Assembly: GCA_002189035.1 (NCBI GenBank)
Contig: NEEC01000004.1
Coordinates: 1,178,001-1,242,000, forward strand
Length of the DNA stretch: 64,000 nucleotides
Source of the DNA: Utricularia gibba
Lineage: Eukaryota > Plantae > Magnoliophyta
Direction of reading: 5' to 3'
The stretch's first letter is position 1. Each line of letters begins with the position of its first letter. Shown one piece after another: positions 25,801-39,370 of the stretch. The position numbers and the translations under genes were made by a program. The notes under the pieces are model-generated. The model saw only the letters and a list, made by a program, of their open reading frames with translations, was not told the origin of the DNA and made no database searches.

Positions 25801-28441
25801 TACTGGCGCCGGAATGATGATGGGAGTTATGGTAAAGAAAATTAAGCCCATCTTATTCATAGAAGACATCATGATAGCCATATTATTCGAGTACGAACTC
25901 ACAACTTTTTTCCTATATTATTATGCAGTTGTACTATTCCGTTCCAGGGAGCATGAAGATTGTGGTCCTCAGCCTGGATTTGTCCGAGCTCATATTGAAA
26001 GTAAATCAACTCAGTTTTGATATTTTGTTGCCTAAGTAGTTCCTTGATTTATTTTTCCTCTGCACTGCATTCCATGATTCCTGGCCATGCTGAAGTCTCA
26101 TCCATGACACGCTGCAGGTGGAGGGTTCAACATTTCACCTCTAAGACCATGTAATGGCAAACCAAGAACACAGGTTCAACATCTTATGCAGATCGATTTG
26201 AAGGGTTGGGGAGTTTGCTATTTCCCATTATATCAGCAACACTGCCTCTTAAAGATGTTAAATTGTGTTGCTGGTTAGTTTTTTTTACTACGCTCTTTGA
26301 ATTTTATTTCTTTTTTAGATAACCGAATTTACTTCTGATTTCATATAGTACGTAGGTGTTACATTTTGTCTATGGTGACGTTGTGATTAGGAATGCAAAT
26401 TTGAAATTAAATATGGGAGTTAAGAGTTCTCGTGTTTCATGCAACGCTCATAGGAATCAGTGATTTAAAAAAACAGGCTATGATATTTCATTTTCCTTGT
26501 TCATTTTGTCTGTTGGTGTGTGTAACTGTCTGGCAGGGCGAATGTTTTTGTTCTTCTATCAGTCGTAGTATTTTCTGTGTTTTTTTCCTCAGGATTGAGA
26601 GAATATGTTTCTCAAACTGATGAAAGGACGCCAGCTCCAAGGATTCCCGTGATGGTCAATATGGCATCAAATTCTAGATCATCAAAAAGGAATCAGAAGC
26701 TCGCTTCATCTGCTTCTCATCGGCCCAGCCATTCACTGGATCAAACTCATTCAGCAAATAAAAATGCCGTAATGATGGATGAAGATTCTGATGAAGATGA
26801 AGATATTCAGGCTGTTGATCAAGAGGTATCTTTTCTGGTTTAAAGCCATATCTGCTGGATATTCATTTTATGCCTTCTTATCTGCAGGACATGCAGTCAG
26901 CCGTTGAGATTGAGGAAAAACTGCATGGTAGGTGATGTAATTGGCCTTTCACATAATACTTCAATAATTTGTGCAGCTCAAATTTTATTTTATTTTTCTT
27001 CAAACTTGAAGCTCTTGATGAAGAATCTGAAGAAAAAATTGATTTTTCCCTGTTCTCGGGCAATCTTCGCCGAGATGATAATGAAACGGCTCGCAACTGC
27101 TGGACATTATCTGATGGAAATAACTTTAGAGTGCGCAGCAAGAGATTCTGTTTCGACAAATCAAAGGTAACATTAGATATTCTATCTGAGAGTACGTATG
27201 TGGCTTATGGTTTCTCAATTCATTTCGCACATTGTTCCATTACATCATCCAAGATTCCAGCTGGAAAACATCTTATGGATCTTGTTGCTGTTGACTGGTT
27301 CAAAAACACAAAAAGAATGGATCATGTTGCAAGGCACCAAGGTTGTGCAGCACAAGTAAGCTCCTCATGGTCTCTCTGGATAATCTATTCTCTTGCTTTG
27401 TCAAAAAACGTTTTAGAAATCATGGGTTTGTTGGAGATACTGTAATTTTGGTGGCATTAGATTTGCCCCAACAATTGTTCGGTTTTCTGTTTCAGGTTGC
27501 ATCAGACAAGGGGCTCTTCACAATTATTTTTAATGTTCAAGTAAGTCAATTTAATGGCGGACTTTCATTCATTTCAAAATTTCTGTTTTTTTTTTTTTTT
27601 GTGAGATTCATTAGTGGTCAATCTTGTAGGTGCCTGGTTCAACGCATTACAGCATGGTGTTCTATTTTGTATGCCGGAAGTTATTACCAGGATCTCTCTT
27701 GCAGCGGTTTGTAGATGGGGATGATGAGTTCCGCAACAGTAGACTGAAGCTTATTCCGTCAGTGCCTAAGGTGATTAAACTATCTGGCATTCTAAGTTGA
27801 TGTACTCGTCAAATCTCGGTCTCCTTTTTATGTCATATCCGGGCGGGGCGTTTCCCACTTTCTCAGGGGTCTTGGATCGTCCGTCAGAGTGTTGGAAGCA
27901 CACCATGTTTGCTTGGTAAAGCAGTTGACTGCAACTATATCCGAGGACCCAATTACTTGGAAGTAGGAACTTTATGAACTGTAACAATATTTTTTCCCTA
28001 CGAAGAATCCCTAAAGCTAGCTTTTGTGCAGGTTGATGTTGACATTGGTTCCTCCACTGTTGCAAACGGAGTCCTGGGACTCGTCATCGGAGTCATGACT
28101 ACGCTTGTTGTTGACATGGCTTTTCTCGTACAGGTGATACCCCACATCCATCTGCTTAATCTAAAAGTTTGGGACCTCAAAGAGGGTCATGTATTACAAC
28201 TCCATCCTCTTAGAGTTTCAAGAAACATAAGAAAATGTGGAGAGGCTGTGTACTCACATGGGTGTGCTTTCATTTCTGTTTGTTATGATTCAAATGATAA
28301 GCATGGGATGTTACTCAGGCGAACACCACAGACGAACTGCCAGAGAGGCTGATAGGTGCAGTCAGGGTTTCTCATGTAGAGCTGAAATCAGCCATCACTC
28401 CAGCTCTGGATTCAGATACTTCAGACACCACCAACTCCTGA
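22814..28441 (+). CDS. EDR2: ENHANCED DISEASE RESISTANCE 2-like (PH, START and EDR2_C/DUF1336 domains), multi-exon
   Basis: N-terminal EGWMVRYGRRKIGRSFMHMRYFVLEPRLLAYYKKKP; later exons CWTLSDGNNFRVRSKRFC, HLMDLVAVDWFK, GSWIVRQSVGSTPCLLGKAVDCNY, VDVDIGSSTVANGVLGLV; last exon ANTTDELPERLIGAVRVSHVEL ends TGA 28441. An in-frame upstream ATG exists at 22748. Not all exon boundaries were resolved. Confidence 0.93.
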
Positions 28442-28921
28442 GGCAAGAGGGGTACAGAACCAGGCCATTGAAGGCTGATTCTAAAGTGTATATGTTGTAT
28501 GTGCACCGAGACCATGTACACAGGAATGCTGCATTCGTTCAGCTTCAGATTTGAGGGTTGAATTTAGTGAAACATGTGGAAGGAGTGGCTTGTTTCACTA
28601 AATTCATTAGTTGCAATGAACAGATGCCCGGAGAGCATATCCCCTTAAAGATGAAGTTCCTTATTTTCTTAGTACAAAGCACACGGTTTTCCCAATTTCA
28701 GAGAATGCACAGGCGCATCTCTAAAGATTCGTCATTTTAACAAAATATCCAATACATACATAGTAGAGAAAGGTACAAACACCTCACGATTTACGCCAGG
28801 GGATGAACGAGAATACACAGAATTCCATTTCATGCATACTCCAGCTTAACTGTTTTAGAGAGTAACTGATCACTCAAGAGATGAATGAAATCAGTGAAAA
28901 AGAAGAAGCAGCTGTGTTTTT

Positions 28922-31225
28922 CTACGTGATGTGAATCTGAGAAACACCACTGGTGATTTCTGCAGCTCGTGGATCATTGCTTTCGAGACGAATACCAGAA
29001 GGGTCTTCTTCGACCAGCAAGGGAAGAACATTGAGTGAACTCCAAAGAGTAATGACTTGACTTCTAGCACTGCCCAGTGTGATAGCAAAAACTGCATCAA
29101 AACCACCAGCACCAGGAACCCCAGCGAAGACTACGCCTTCACAATTCATTGTAGCATCTAATAGCCGTGTTTGTGACTCTGGTTCAATCTTTTCATGCAC
29201 ATAAGAAATGGGTGAGCTTGAAGCATCCAAAAAGGAAATGCAAAGAATCCCAATGGGAGAAGAGGGAAGAAGAGCCTACGGGAACGCCTGCTGCTTCACC
29301 CATCTTCCGCATATTAGACCTGATCTGAAGCATGGCTTCTCTAGCACCTAATAGCTCCCTAGCAACTTCTTTTGTGTATGGCTCGGCAGCAAACAACCAC
29401 TACACAACATAAGTATGAAACGGCTTCAAATCCTCCGAAGAGGGTATAACATAAACAGGGAAGAAAGGATAAATTACTACCTGTTCATTAGTTAACTTCG
29501 AGCAGTGATCGATGGAACTTTTATAGGAATTATAGTTCTTTTCAGCCAATTCCTTTAGGGTGAGAAGATGCATCTCAAGCAAAGAATTTGCTTCAGCTAA
29601 CTTTGTCCAAGTTTCAGCTGAGTTATAAGGATCAGCCTTCTGCCACTTCTTGACAGCACCAACCATGGATGGGGTTGATGATCCACCAGTCCCTGGTTCC
29701 CCTAATACCTAACCACAAACAAGAGCATTTAAGCATCTAAAATGAGAAGGCAATCTATCGCACGTGTTCAACAGAACTTACCAAAGTCATCAGTGGTGGC
29801 AAAGAGAAACTAATCTTTTCATGATTCCACTTAGCCCTTAAGGCATCAGTAATAGCATCTTCAATCAGTATCCCTTGAACAGCACCCTGCAAACAATAGC
29901 AAGTATCAAGAGGAGAGATCATGCTACAGAGGCCGAGACAGATTGCGTCAGAAAATAGATTACTCATGCAAGCTAATTACTGAGTATTGAATCTAATTCA
30001 CCCTTCAGCAGCTAACAGAAAAATTTTAGCAGAATGTGAGAGCAATACCATAACAGGAGAAAGCAGCTCGGGGGAAAATCTAATATAGCGTTGACTGCCA
30101 TAAACAGCAGAACTAACATCAAATCCGCTGCCAATTTTACCCTGTGCTATGCAATGTGCTGTTTGAGAAATGATATGAACGATATCCCGGTTGTGACAAC
30201 CATTATCCCCGTGAAGATGATTATTCTGCAATGAAGGAAGTTGGACTACTCCAAAATAACAAAGCAGAGCACCCACAACAGCAGTTGTCATAGCTGCTGA
30301 TGAACCCAAACCAGTTTTGGCAACCTCAGGTTTGTAATCCTGATTGCCAGCTCCTTCAGCATTGAAGGTGATGGAGGAAAAAGGCGGCAGAGAAGCCAGT
30401 GAATCTGGAGTTAAAGGTAGCCCACGTGATTCAATCTGTACACAAGTACCCTTACCCTTAATGTCATATCAACTAAGAAACTTCTAAGCATATGAATACC
30501 GTAGGTGTTGAAATTTACCTGCTTCCTGTATGAATAAAACTCATTGCAGCCAAATACAGTGATTTCAAGACCTGCATCACCAACCTAAAATAGAAAGTTA
30601 GATTCTGAATTTCAGTTCTCTTGAACAGCAAGAGTAAAACACATAACAAGATGTGACCTTGCAAAAGAAGTTTTTGCAACTCTTCCTTCTTGCCATCGTC
30701 AAAAATAGAGCGTGCTGCTGCTATAGAGTATTGCAACGCATATTCCACAAACGAATTCCTGGTATCACTGTGTTGACAAAGTTACAAAAATTAGATTTTG
30801 AATTTCACATTCCAAGCTCAGACATGATATCCAACACATTTTATATTCAACCAGATGGCTAATACTCACCTTGAAACCACACAATGAAGCAGCAAATGTT
30901 TCAGAGACAATTTGTACGTAACTTCTCTCCCCATCTGAGGAGACTTCAATTTTACATCTGTCCATGCCTACATCAAAACTTACCAACAGAAATCAGAAAG
31001 AGGATCAACTACTCAAACGCTACGCAGATGCGAATAAACAGCATGACATAAATTTCAGCTTACCCATGCCCAACTCTCAGGCTTAATCTCTTCATAAAGA
31101 GGTTTTACAACAGCATAGAACCTTGCATTAGTACTCAATACAATTCCAGCATTAGGCCTTTCCAGGATTAGGTATCCACCAGTAATCAAAACTTTTCCAG
31201 GAGCAGAAGCAACGCTGTAGTTCAT
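28922..31225 (-). CDS. PMK: Phosphomevalonate kinase (GHMP family), multi-exon
   Basis: VASAPGKVLITGGYLILERPNAGIVLSTNARFY; EVAKTGLGSSAAMTTAVV; AQGKIGSGFDVSSAVYGSQRYIRFSP; AGVPGAGGFDAVFA; LLVEEDPSGIRLES. Confidence 0.95.
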
Positions 31226-32366
31226 CAAAAAGAACTTGAGCAAAAGAAAAACGGTGAATTCAACAATACCCAATAAAAAAGAAAGACCCACATGGTCATT
31301 CCTTCACAATTCTTAGCTTCGATCCTTCACTCCTTGTCTCAGTTCTGCCAGTGATCAGATCAAATTTTTTGGCAACGTCTGCGTGACAACCAGTAGAAAA
31401 CCTGGACAAGTAAGAAGAAACCAACCAAATGCAACAATTGTGCACGACCCCTATTGCAATGTACAGCAGTCCAATATTGACCGACCCAACAAACTTACGC
31501 TGCCGGTCCTTGTTCGCCAAAGACCACACTTTTTTTTTCTTTTCCCCTGGAAAAGCTATCACACTGCAGATTTCAACGATGAGATCCACTGACGTAGCTC
31601 TTCAATTACCGACTTTTCAAGTCAAAGTTTCAACCTAATTGGAACCGATTCTAAATTTCAGGAGATGTATAACGACAACAGGAACTGTGCGTCTTAAGGA
31701 ATGGCATCCCGGAATCTCACCGCTGATCGCGTAGGTTAGAAATGCGGCCGGCGACCGCCGTGTCTTTTAATTATTATTATTTTCATCTTGAAAAACATAT
31801 ACTGATTCCATTTTAAGTTATTTCAATTTTTGAATTAAATTATTTTAATTCATAAAAATAGATATTGATCCAATCAAACTTATATTTTTATTAATCAACA
31901 TTTATATTACTTTTTTGTTATTACAAATAAAAAAATATTTTTCATTCAACAAAAAATTCTAATATTAAAAAGAATAGTTATGGAAACATGTTAATGTAAA
32001 AAAAATAGTTTTACATTATTACTGATAAAAAAAATGTTTATAACTAGATATATTAAAATATTTCGTCTTTAAAAAATTTACTAATAAAAAAACTTGATCA
32101 TAGGCTAAAATACGGATTAATTAGTTAAACTCATGGATTAACTTATTAATTTAAAACACGTTGTAGACTATTGGGACAAACAAAATCGATTAACCGGTTT
32201 GAGAGTGGCATTCAAATTTCCACAGCTGATCCCAATATGCTGTAGAGTTTAAATAGTAAGATGGAAGACACCTAAATGCAAAACTTCTACTGCTAATCCC
32301 AGATGCAGCACTGTTGATCCAGCTGATCAACAGCATCTACTCCAGCTCAAAACTACAGTGGAAGAG

Positions 32367-34522
32367 CTAACCATAGAGCAGTGGAATGAGCATGGTTGAA
32401 ACACAGAAGATGAGAAGCAGTGTCCACCCTTTATTTCGTGGGGAAATCGACCAATATCTCGCTATTCTTTCCATGATTATATTGAGAATGGCGATGCATA
32501 TGAAGAGAAAACAGACCATCAGAATAGCAAGCTCTTTATTTTCCAAGCTCTCATGCTCCTGGGAGACCTTTTTGACCTCTGATCTGCAAAAAGATGGAAT
32601 GTTTTGAGCTCTGTAGTGTAGGCTGTGGTTTTCATTGAGCAAGAGGGAAGGGATGGTATGTGCAAGAACCTCAATATGCTGTTTTGGGAGACCAAGAGTT
32701 CAATTTTGGAGGACGTGGAGCTTCTCCATGACTCCAGCTCGAAAACGCCTTTTTCCTGGAAGAAGGGATGATAGTATTGAATAAAAACGGAATGTAATTA
32801 GCAGCAGGAAATGCTGAGATTGTATGAGTACCATCATTTCCTTCCATTCCAAGAGATTCTTCATTTCTAGTTTACTTTTTTCCAAAAGGCCTGAAAGTTT
32901 TGTTAGCTCCTTGCTGAGCTCAGGCAGGAAATCCCCCCCTCGTTGGTTGAGTTCTTTGATGTACTCCTCCAGCATGGCTAGATTCAGCTCAAGGGATCTA
33001 ACCTTCTGCAACACTACTTTCAAAGCTGCATCAGCATGCAATCTGTTATTTGAATGTTGCTTTGACTTCACCACAGGCTCAGCGGAAGTTTTCACTGGCA
33101 CACTTTTTTTCAGAACATCTGAACTGGGTTTGTGGCCTTCATCAACACTTTTCATGCTTTTAACCTCAGGTTCAGCAGTTTTTTCAGAAACAGGAGTTTC
33201 CCCTGGGCCCTTGAGATTCTTTTCAGGTAATGTCAACGGCTTTTCAGTTGCATTAAGATTTGCCAGCCCCTTGGCAGAAGAGTCCCCAGAAGTATCGATA
33301 AGATCCTCAAGCATCTGTTCTACAGCATCAACTCCATACACTTCTACAACACTTATTGTGCAATAGAATTCAGAACCATAATGACTCATAAGATTCACTT
33401 TCAAGTATCGAACCCATTTGGGTTCCGGGAGCTTAAAACATTGTGTTTGCTTAACATTTGCAGCTACAAATGTTCCCAATGTATTCCAAGTATCGGTTGT
33501 GTAATCCAAGCTCCCCAACAACTCGAAATCCTTGAAATTCGATGAATGATGTTCAAAATTTGCTATTCTGACAACATCAACCAGAGTTTCATCAGCAAGC
33601 TCAATTATAAAAAACTTCCCTGCAGCAGAGCATGGGTTCCTAAGATATTTATCATGGTCCTTACCAAGGATATTATCTGATCCCCTTGCCTCCTTATTGT
33701 GAGCCACTACCTTAGCACCCTTTGACGCGGCAGCATAATTGTAAGGTGTTCCATCTGGCTCCAGCCGGTGGCTGATATTTACTATAGGGCGAGAGGAACC
33801 ATCTTTATCTTGGCTAGAGATGTGCTTAAATTCATCAAGATTGGGATAATTCAACGGAATCCCTCCATCCAGCCACATCTCAGGTTTACCTTCACTCTCT
33901 TGCTCATCTTGTTGTATGCCACACATAATGGGGTCATACCCTAACATAATGGACACCAGGTCCTCTAATCCACAAGTTCCTGAGCTGAAGGCTTCTGATT
34001 CATGAAAATCAGAATAGTTATCAAGCCGGGGCACCCTTATCTCCATTTCCCCTCCCTTCAAGTTATCCTGGAAACCATTTTCCCTAACACAGGTGGTGTA
34101 ATTATCGGAATTCTTATCATGTGGGTCAATCTGTGAGCTTCCATTGTAGCCAAAAAAGTCCCCTGTGAAAACAGAAGTGATAAGAATCTTCAAATATTAT
34201 CACACAAATTAGAGGCTTTTGTAGATACAAGTATGAAACAAAGCAAAGAAGAAAATCCCATCTTTCCGGAGCCAATACCCAGTTCCCCATGCGAATCAAG
34301 CAACAGGAAATTGAAAGAGCAAATGCAATTAAGGATCACCGCCATACATTCATTTCCCCGTGTGACACCAAATTTGGCATGAAACAAGGTAGCAGCACAC
34401 CAAAAGGAGAAGAAAAGGTGAATGGAAATGTTGCTTAAGCTTCTCCCGGCAGCTTTGTGGTCCATGCTGGGATTCATGATACCGTTGCACAATCCGGGTT
34501 CAACCTTGAGCCGCTTCTTCAT
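32367..34522 (-). CDS. Mid-SUN domain protein (SUN5-like by position)
   Basis: N-terminal TM (exon 34522..34348); SUN domain [39 protein letters not shown]...ANFEHHSSN...[20 protein letters not shown]; coiled coil [21 protein letters not shown]; C-terminal TM segments ending at 32367. Confidence 0.93.
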
Positions 34523-35253
34523 GATAGCATTCCTGTGTCGGGTTACTCTCCACTCCACCAAAAATGATAAAACCCAGAACTGCGGAAAGTGAATTCCCGT
34601 TGAAAATCAACAAAAAAAGGATAACATGATGCCCCCTTCCTCGTTTTCCTATTTTCTGAGTTTTCGCAGTTTCCTGAGAAACAGGCGAACAGCAGCATAC
34701 TTTCGCCTTGTTATTTGGCGCAACACATGACGCGTGCACCACACGCTCGCACCCGTTTCTTGTTTTCCGTTGGGCAATTAAACCTGAACATGCTGCAATG
34801 CAACACACATTTTTGTTATTTTCAAATAAATAAAATTCCTTGTAAAATGTAACACATATTTATTATGCTCTTATTTTATTATTATAAATTATGAATATAA
34901 TATGGTATAATATAATGGATTTAGGGTTCTATGATGAGGTATCAAATGCATCATACTCTATAGATTTTCAATGAATGATGGTCCAGTAGGGATTTGGACG
35001 ATGATGTCATTAATTTATCATACATACATTATAGATTTTGAATGGGGATGCCCTGGACTATATATAATATTGGTGATTGCACGTGGTAGGCAATGCAATG
35101 AAATTCATGGTTCAAATTAAATGTAAAGGGAAAATGATAATTTTACGATTAAAATTATATACAAATTAAACCTACTTCTTTTTAATTTTTCAAAAAAATA
35201 GGACCGCTTGAGATTGTGAGGTCAAAAAGCAAGGATTGCAAAGGAAAGGTAGA

Positions 35254-35326
35254 TGGAGGTGCGGGGAATCGAACCCCGTGCCTCTCGCATGCGAAGCGAG
35301 CGCTCTACCATATGAGCTACACCCCC
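35254..35326 (-). tRNA. tRNA-Ala, anticodon CGC
   Basis: GGGGGTGTAGCTCATATGGTAGAGCGCTCGCTTCGCATGCGAGAGGCACGGGGTTCGATTCCCCGCACCTCCA, 73 nt cloverleaf with A and B boxes; a T5 Pol III terminator lies about 25 nt downstream. Confidence 0.97.
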
Positions 35327-35597
35327 AAGCATTGATTAACATTTAGTATCTCAGATATTTAAATGTCTCTTTTATTTGTCCCAAAAACATGCCAGTATTT
35401 TCATAGAAGTGCATTGGATCAAGAAATAGTTGTGGTTTAACTCACAGGGGTTGATGTTTCTTTCAAGATAGGGGAACCCCTATTCAATAGGGTCAGGACT
35501 TGTTTTCCATCGAAACTTTTCGAGTGGGAGTGTTTTTGAAAGATCTGGATATCTTAGTGTTTTGGACTATGTGGCAATTGTCCGAGGCGATAAGGGT

Positions 35598-36110
35598 ATG
35601 GAGTTAGCTGGGCAGGCAGCTCCGTCGGTGGGTGAAGTGGCAGCTGCTGCAGCCGCTTCATATTTTCCTGTGGCAGCAGTTCAGCACTTGATTGATTATG
35701 TGCACTTCTATGCAGGACTCAATTGGTGGGTTCATTGACTTCTCTTCCAAGAAAGTTGCTTGCTTCAATCTGTTAGTTTTAGCTTATGTCCAGTGTCTGT
35801 TCATCTTTAAGTTAAGATGATGTCAAGACTGTTTGCTGCTCTTGCAGTTCCACTAATTCTTCAGTTTTCCAAAGATGATTGTCATTTGCTATTGACATAA
35901 TGAGGCTTTTCGATCATGTTCTTCAGAATCAAACACTCATCGTGTTTCTTGTTTGCGAACCTGCCTTCTCCTTCTTCCCACAAATACCTCAGCTGCCGCC
36001 ATCTCCACAGACCCCAAAGACACCCGTTGTCCAAAAAGCAAGCAGAGCACCGAGTGTGTCACCTCCTGTTAGTCACAGGATGCGAAAGCCAGAAAGAAAG
36101 GGCCACATAA
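35598..36110 (+). pseudogene. OXA1: Internally deleted remnant of a mitochondrial OXA1-like insertase
   Basis: QAAPSVGEVAAAAAASYFPVAAVQHLIDYVHFYAGLNWW at 35598, VKMMSRLFAALAVPLILQFSK at 35811, and IPQLPPSP...SPPVSHRMRK near 35980-36090 match separate parts of plant OXA1 as recalled. The intervening core is missing. Confidence 0.7.
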
Positions 36111-37188
36111 ACGAAATGAGAGAGCAGATCCTCCTCCGCCAGATTGGTGTTTCTTTTTTGGGTTGCAATGAAGAATCCTAGTTACTACTTCAGGGTGCGA
36201 TATCCCTCCCTCTACATGCGTAGAGTCGTTGCATTCTTATACGTCTCCAGGCTCTGAAGCTACATAGAGACTAAGAAAATGTTTGAGCCTGTACTGGAGT
36301 TGCCATCTTTGCTATGGTAAAAAAAGTTGAAAAGCACTGATCTTTCGATTCCCATAACCACCCAAATGTAGGATTCATGAACTGAACGGGATAACCCAGA
36401 ATTCTTTTGGAATGAACTCACAGATCCATTGGATTGTGATGAAATCTAGCTGAGAAAGTTAGGCGGCGGTAGCATCCTTCTCAATAATAGGTGAAGTACT
36501 GGAGTACTCCTGTTCCATCTCTATCCAAATACGTGTCTTTCATTCTTACAATTTCATGTTGCATATGTTCAACACCTACACCTCGTAACTTTGCAGATAG
36601 TCGGGGCACAGATGTCGCGTTCTGGTAGTTCCACGAATCCCTCCTAAACAGTGACTTCCATTTTTACCCAGCCAAGTACGGATTGCCAGAAACAGGTGCT
36701 GAGATGGAAGACCGCCAACTCCTCCGGAGCCTTGGGCCATGCCGGGGGAGAAGAAAAAACGACGTCCGTCAGCCTTCCTACAAAGCCTGTCTCCACCAAT
36801 TCATGAAACACAAGGCCGAATATTGATTACGAGACCCCCGTGCACGTAACTAGGAGCTTGTGCTGAGGATTTCAGAAGCCATGATGACAAATGAAGGGAG
36901 GAGAGTGCGCAGAGAAATGCTTGTGCGGTCGTACAGGGCAAAGAAGGCATTCCAAAAAGTTGGAGTGTGGCGTGAAGAGCTGCAGTTGTATTGGCCCATG
37001 TGATGCACCTGCTATTAGCTATAAGAAGATCTCCCCTTTCATCTCTAACACCGAAACAGGACACAGTCTACTCTTGATCCAATTACTGGTTCGTGAAGAA
37101 ATCTGCTGTCTTCTTTTCTTTGCATCTCCAGTTTCTGTGGGATTCTCGGGTGAAGTTTGCCTGCTTTCAAGAATACCCAGCTCTGAAA

Positions 37189-37979
37189 ATGGCGGGGATT
37201 CACGCAAATAACATCGGTTCCCCCTGTCGCAGATTATTCTGTCAAGTGCATCCTCCAGCACTCTAGACTCCATTTTCTCCTACTTGAAGGACCAATCAAC
37301 ACCAACAAAAGCAAACCTCTATCAGTCTCCGGTGTACAACAAGCACAGAGATTTGGTGTCGCACAAACCCAGCATCATTCCTCCAACGACTTTAATGGCG
37401 GAACCAAGTTTCATGGCCAAATACTTGATCTCCAACAAGAAGAAACTGTACAGGGGAGTGAGGCAGAGGCACTGGGGGAAATGGGTGGCTGAAATTAGGC
37501 TCCCGAGGAACAGAATCAGGGTTTGGCTCGGTACCTACGACTCCGCCGAGGCCGCGGCGTACGCTTATGACAGGGCGGCGTATAAGCTCCGCGGCGAATA
37601 CGCTCGCCTCAACTTCCCCAATCTCCGGGACGCAACCCTATTGGGGTTCGGCGACAGGGCGCGGATCAACGAATTGAAGACCTCCGTGGACGCCAAGATT
37701 CAGGCAATCTGCCAGAAGGTTAAAAGGCAGAAAACTGCCCAGAGGGCAGCCAAGAAAGCCGGCACTTTCCCGAATTTGAGCGAGTTCCCGTCGGCGCCGG
37801 AAACAGGAATCTCCGTAGCAACATGTGAAGCCATCACCGCAGAGTGCTGCAACGGTGCTTCCAGCGGTTGGGATGAGTCCGGAGGTGACGTAGCTCCGCC
37901 GCCGGATATGGAAGAGTACCCGCTGGCAAGATTTCCGTCGTTTGATCCTGAACTAATTTGGCAATTGATCCCTAACTAG
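37189..37979 (+). CDS. AP2/ERF transcription factor, DREB A-6 subgroup (ERF061-like), intronless
   Basis: [58 protein letters not shown]; [14 protein letters not shown]; C-terminal [13 protein letters not shown]. The frame is open upstream of the listed TTG start (LSQIIL...TLDSIFS) and joins ATG 37189 if one C is added at 37220-37224. Confidence 0.93.
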
Positions 37980-38942
37980 CTCCATCGGATTATTCCCTCC
38001 CACGTCGCCGAAAATAATAACCACATCTTTTTTACAGCATTATATTTAATGTTATATTTACAAAAAAAAACATTGAATTAAAATTCATAAAGAAATTCAA
38101 ATTTAGCCTAAATATTATTAAATTGGCAATCAATTCATGGTGATTTTTTCTAACACATCCCATGTAATGTCACTGATCCGGCACCAACTGATAACGACAA
38201 ATCAATTGGATTCGGGCGTAGGATGAACAATCTGAGTTTCACATGATTAGATATGAGTGACGTGGGCCTTAAATGCGAGGGAGCTATGAACAGATTACAA
38301 TCACTATGAAAGTACATGTACTCCTCCTGCCCATCAATCACTAGGTCTACCCAACACTCCCACAGACCCTCCTTATGGAAGCATTGAATGCTCACCAACC
38401 TAAGATGCGCATTTAATTAAATTAATGATTGATATAATAAAATTTGAGATGAATTCGAAATTTGGTCATGTATTTTTTTGAGTAAGTGTGTGAGAAAAAA
38501 ATATGACCAATTGTTTAAATGACCCGAATATTTGAGTCCCTTTGGTGCATTTCTACTTTGTTTGGTTCAAAGGTGTGTTACAAATTTTGGTCCTTTTTTA
38601 GGTGGATTGTGGGATTACACAAGAGTTTTATAAAGGACATGCTAAAACACAATTCTTAACAAACACTCGTATTTGAATGCAAAAACAAAGCCATCTAAGA
38701 GGGATTTTTGTTTTCATTTTGAGGTACGAGGTGAATTCTAACATACGCTTCTGGAGCCAAACGCATCCTCGAGTCTTTGCGCCAGGTCTCCTAAGGAGGG
38801 GTTCAAATGGGGCTGTGCCGCAGCTTCCATGTCCGGATGCATTCACATAACCAAGATGATGATGGTATTCGAGTCCAAATGATGGTTGCCCTCGGTATTA
38901 CACTTCATCATCGAGGTCTGTCGGTTACTTTTCAACGCTTGT

Positions 38943-39218
38943 TTGGCAAGACGAACAACTTGCTATTCCGCGTGACTGGAATCACGTTCTTTCAGCATAA
39001 TAAACACAGAAGATCAAGATCAATATACATATTTGCAGGGAAGGGAAAGCATCATGGATGCATATACGTTTACAGAGAGACCTTGGCAAGACGAACAACT
39101 TGCTATTCCGCGTGACTGGAATCACGTTCTTTCAGCATAAACACAGAAGATCAAGATCAATATACATATTTGCAGGGAAGGGAAAGCATCATGGATGCAT
39201 ATACGTTTACAGAGAGAC
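38943..39218. repeat. Two-copy direct tandem duplication, unit of about 138 bp
   Basis: TTGGCAAGACGAACAACTTGCTATTCC...TACGTTTACAGAGAGAC occurs at 38943 and again at 39083; the copies differ by a 3-bp indel (CATAATAAAC versus CATAAAC). Confidence 0.95.
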
Positions 39219-39370
39219 ATAAGAGGGGTGATTTAGCAACTCCCTAGGGAACTGAAGGTGCAAATACGACAGGAGACGACTGATTAGCACCTGATAGCCA
39301 GATTTGCATGTTCCTATGTAATAGCTAAGTACAATACCGCAACGCAGGATAACAGATTTGGAAGACGAAT

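Noticed and set aside
32824-33366. 180-aa plus-strand ORF, and similar antisense ORFs over the CIP1-like, 3xHMG-box, PAM68 and GLR genes
   Set aside because: These are shadow ORFs on the strand opposite real coding exons.
38628-39115. ORFs upstream of and across the 138-bp duplication
   Set aside because: No recognisable homology and no consistent frame.
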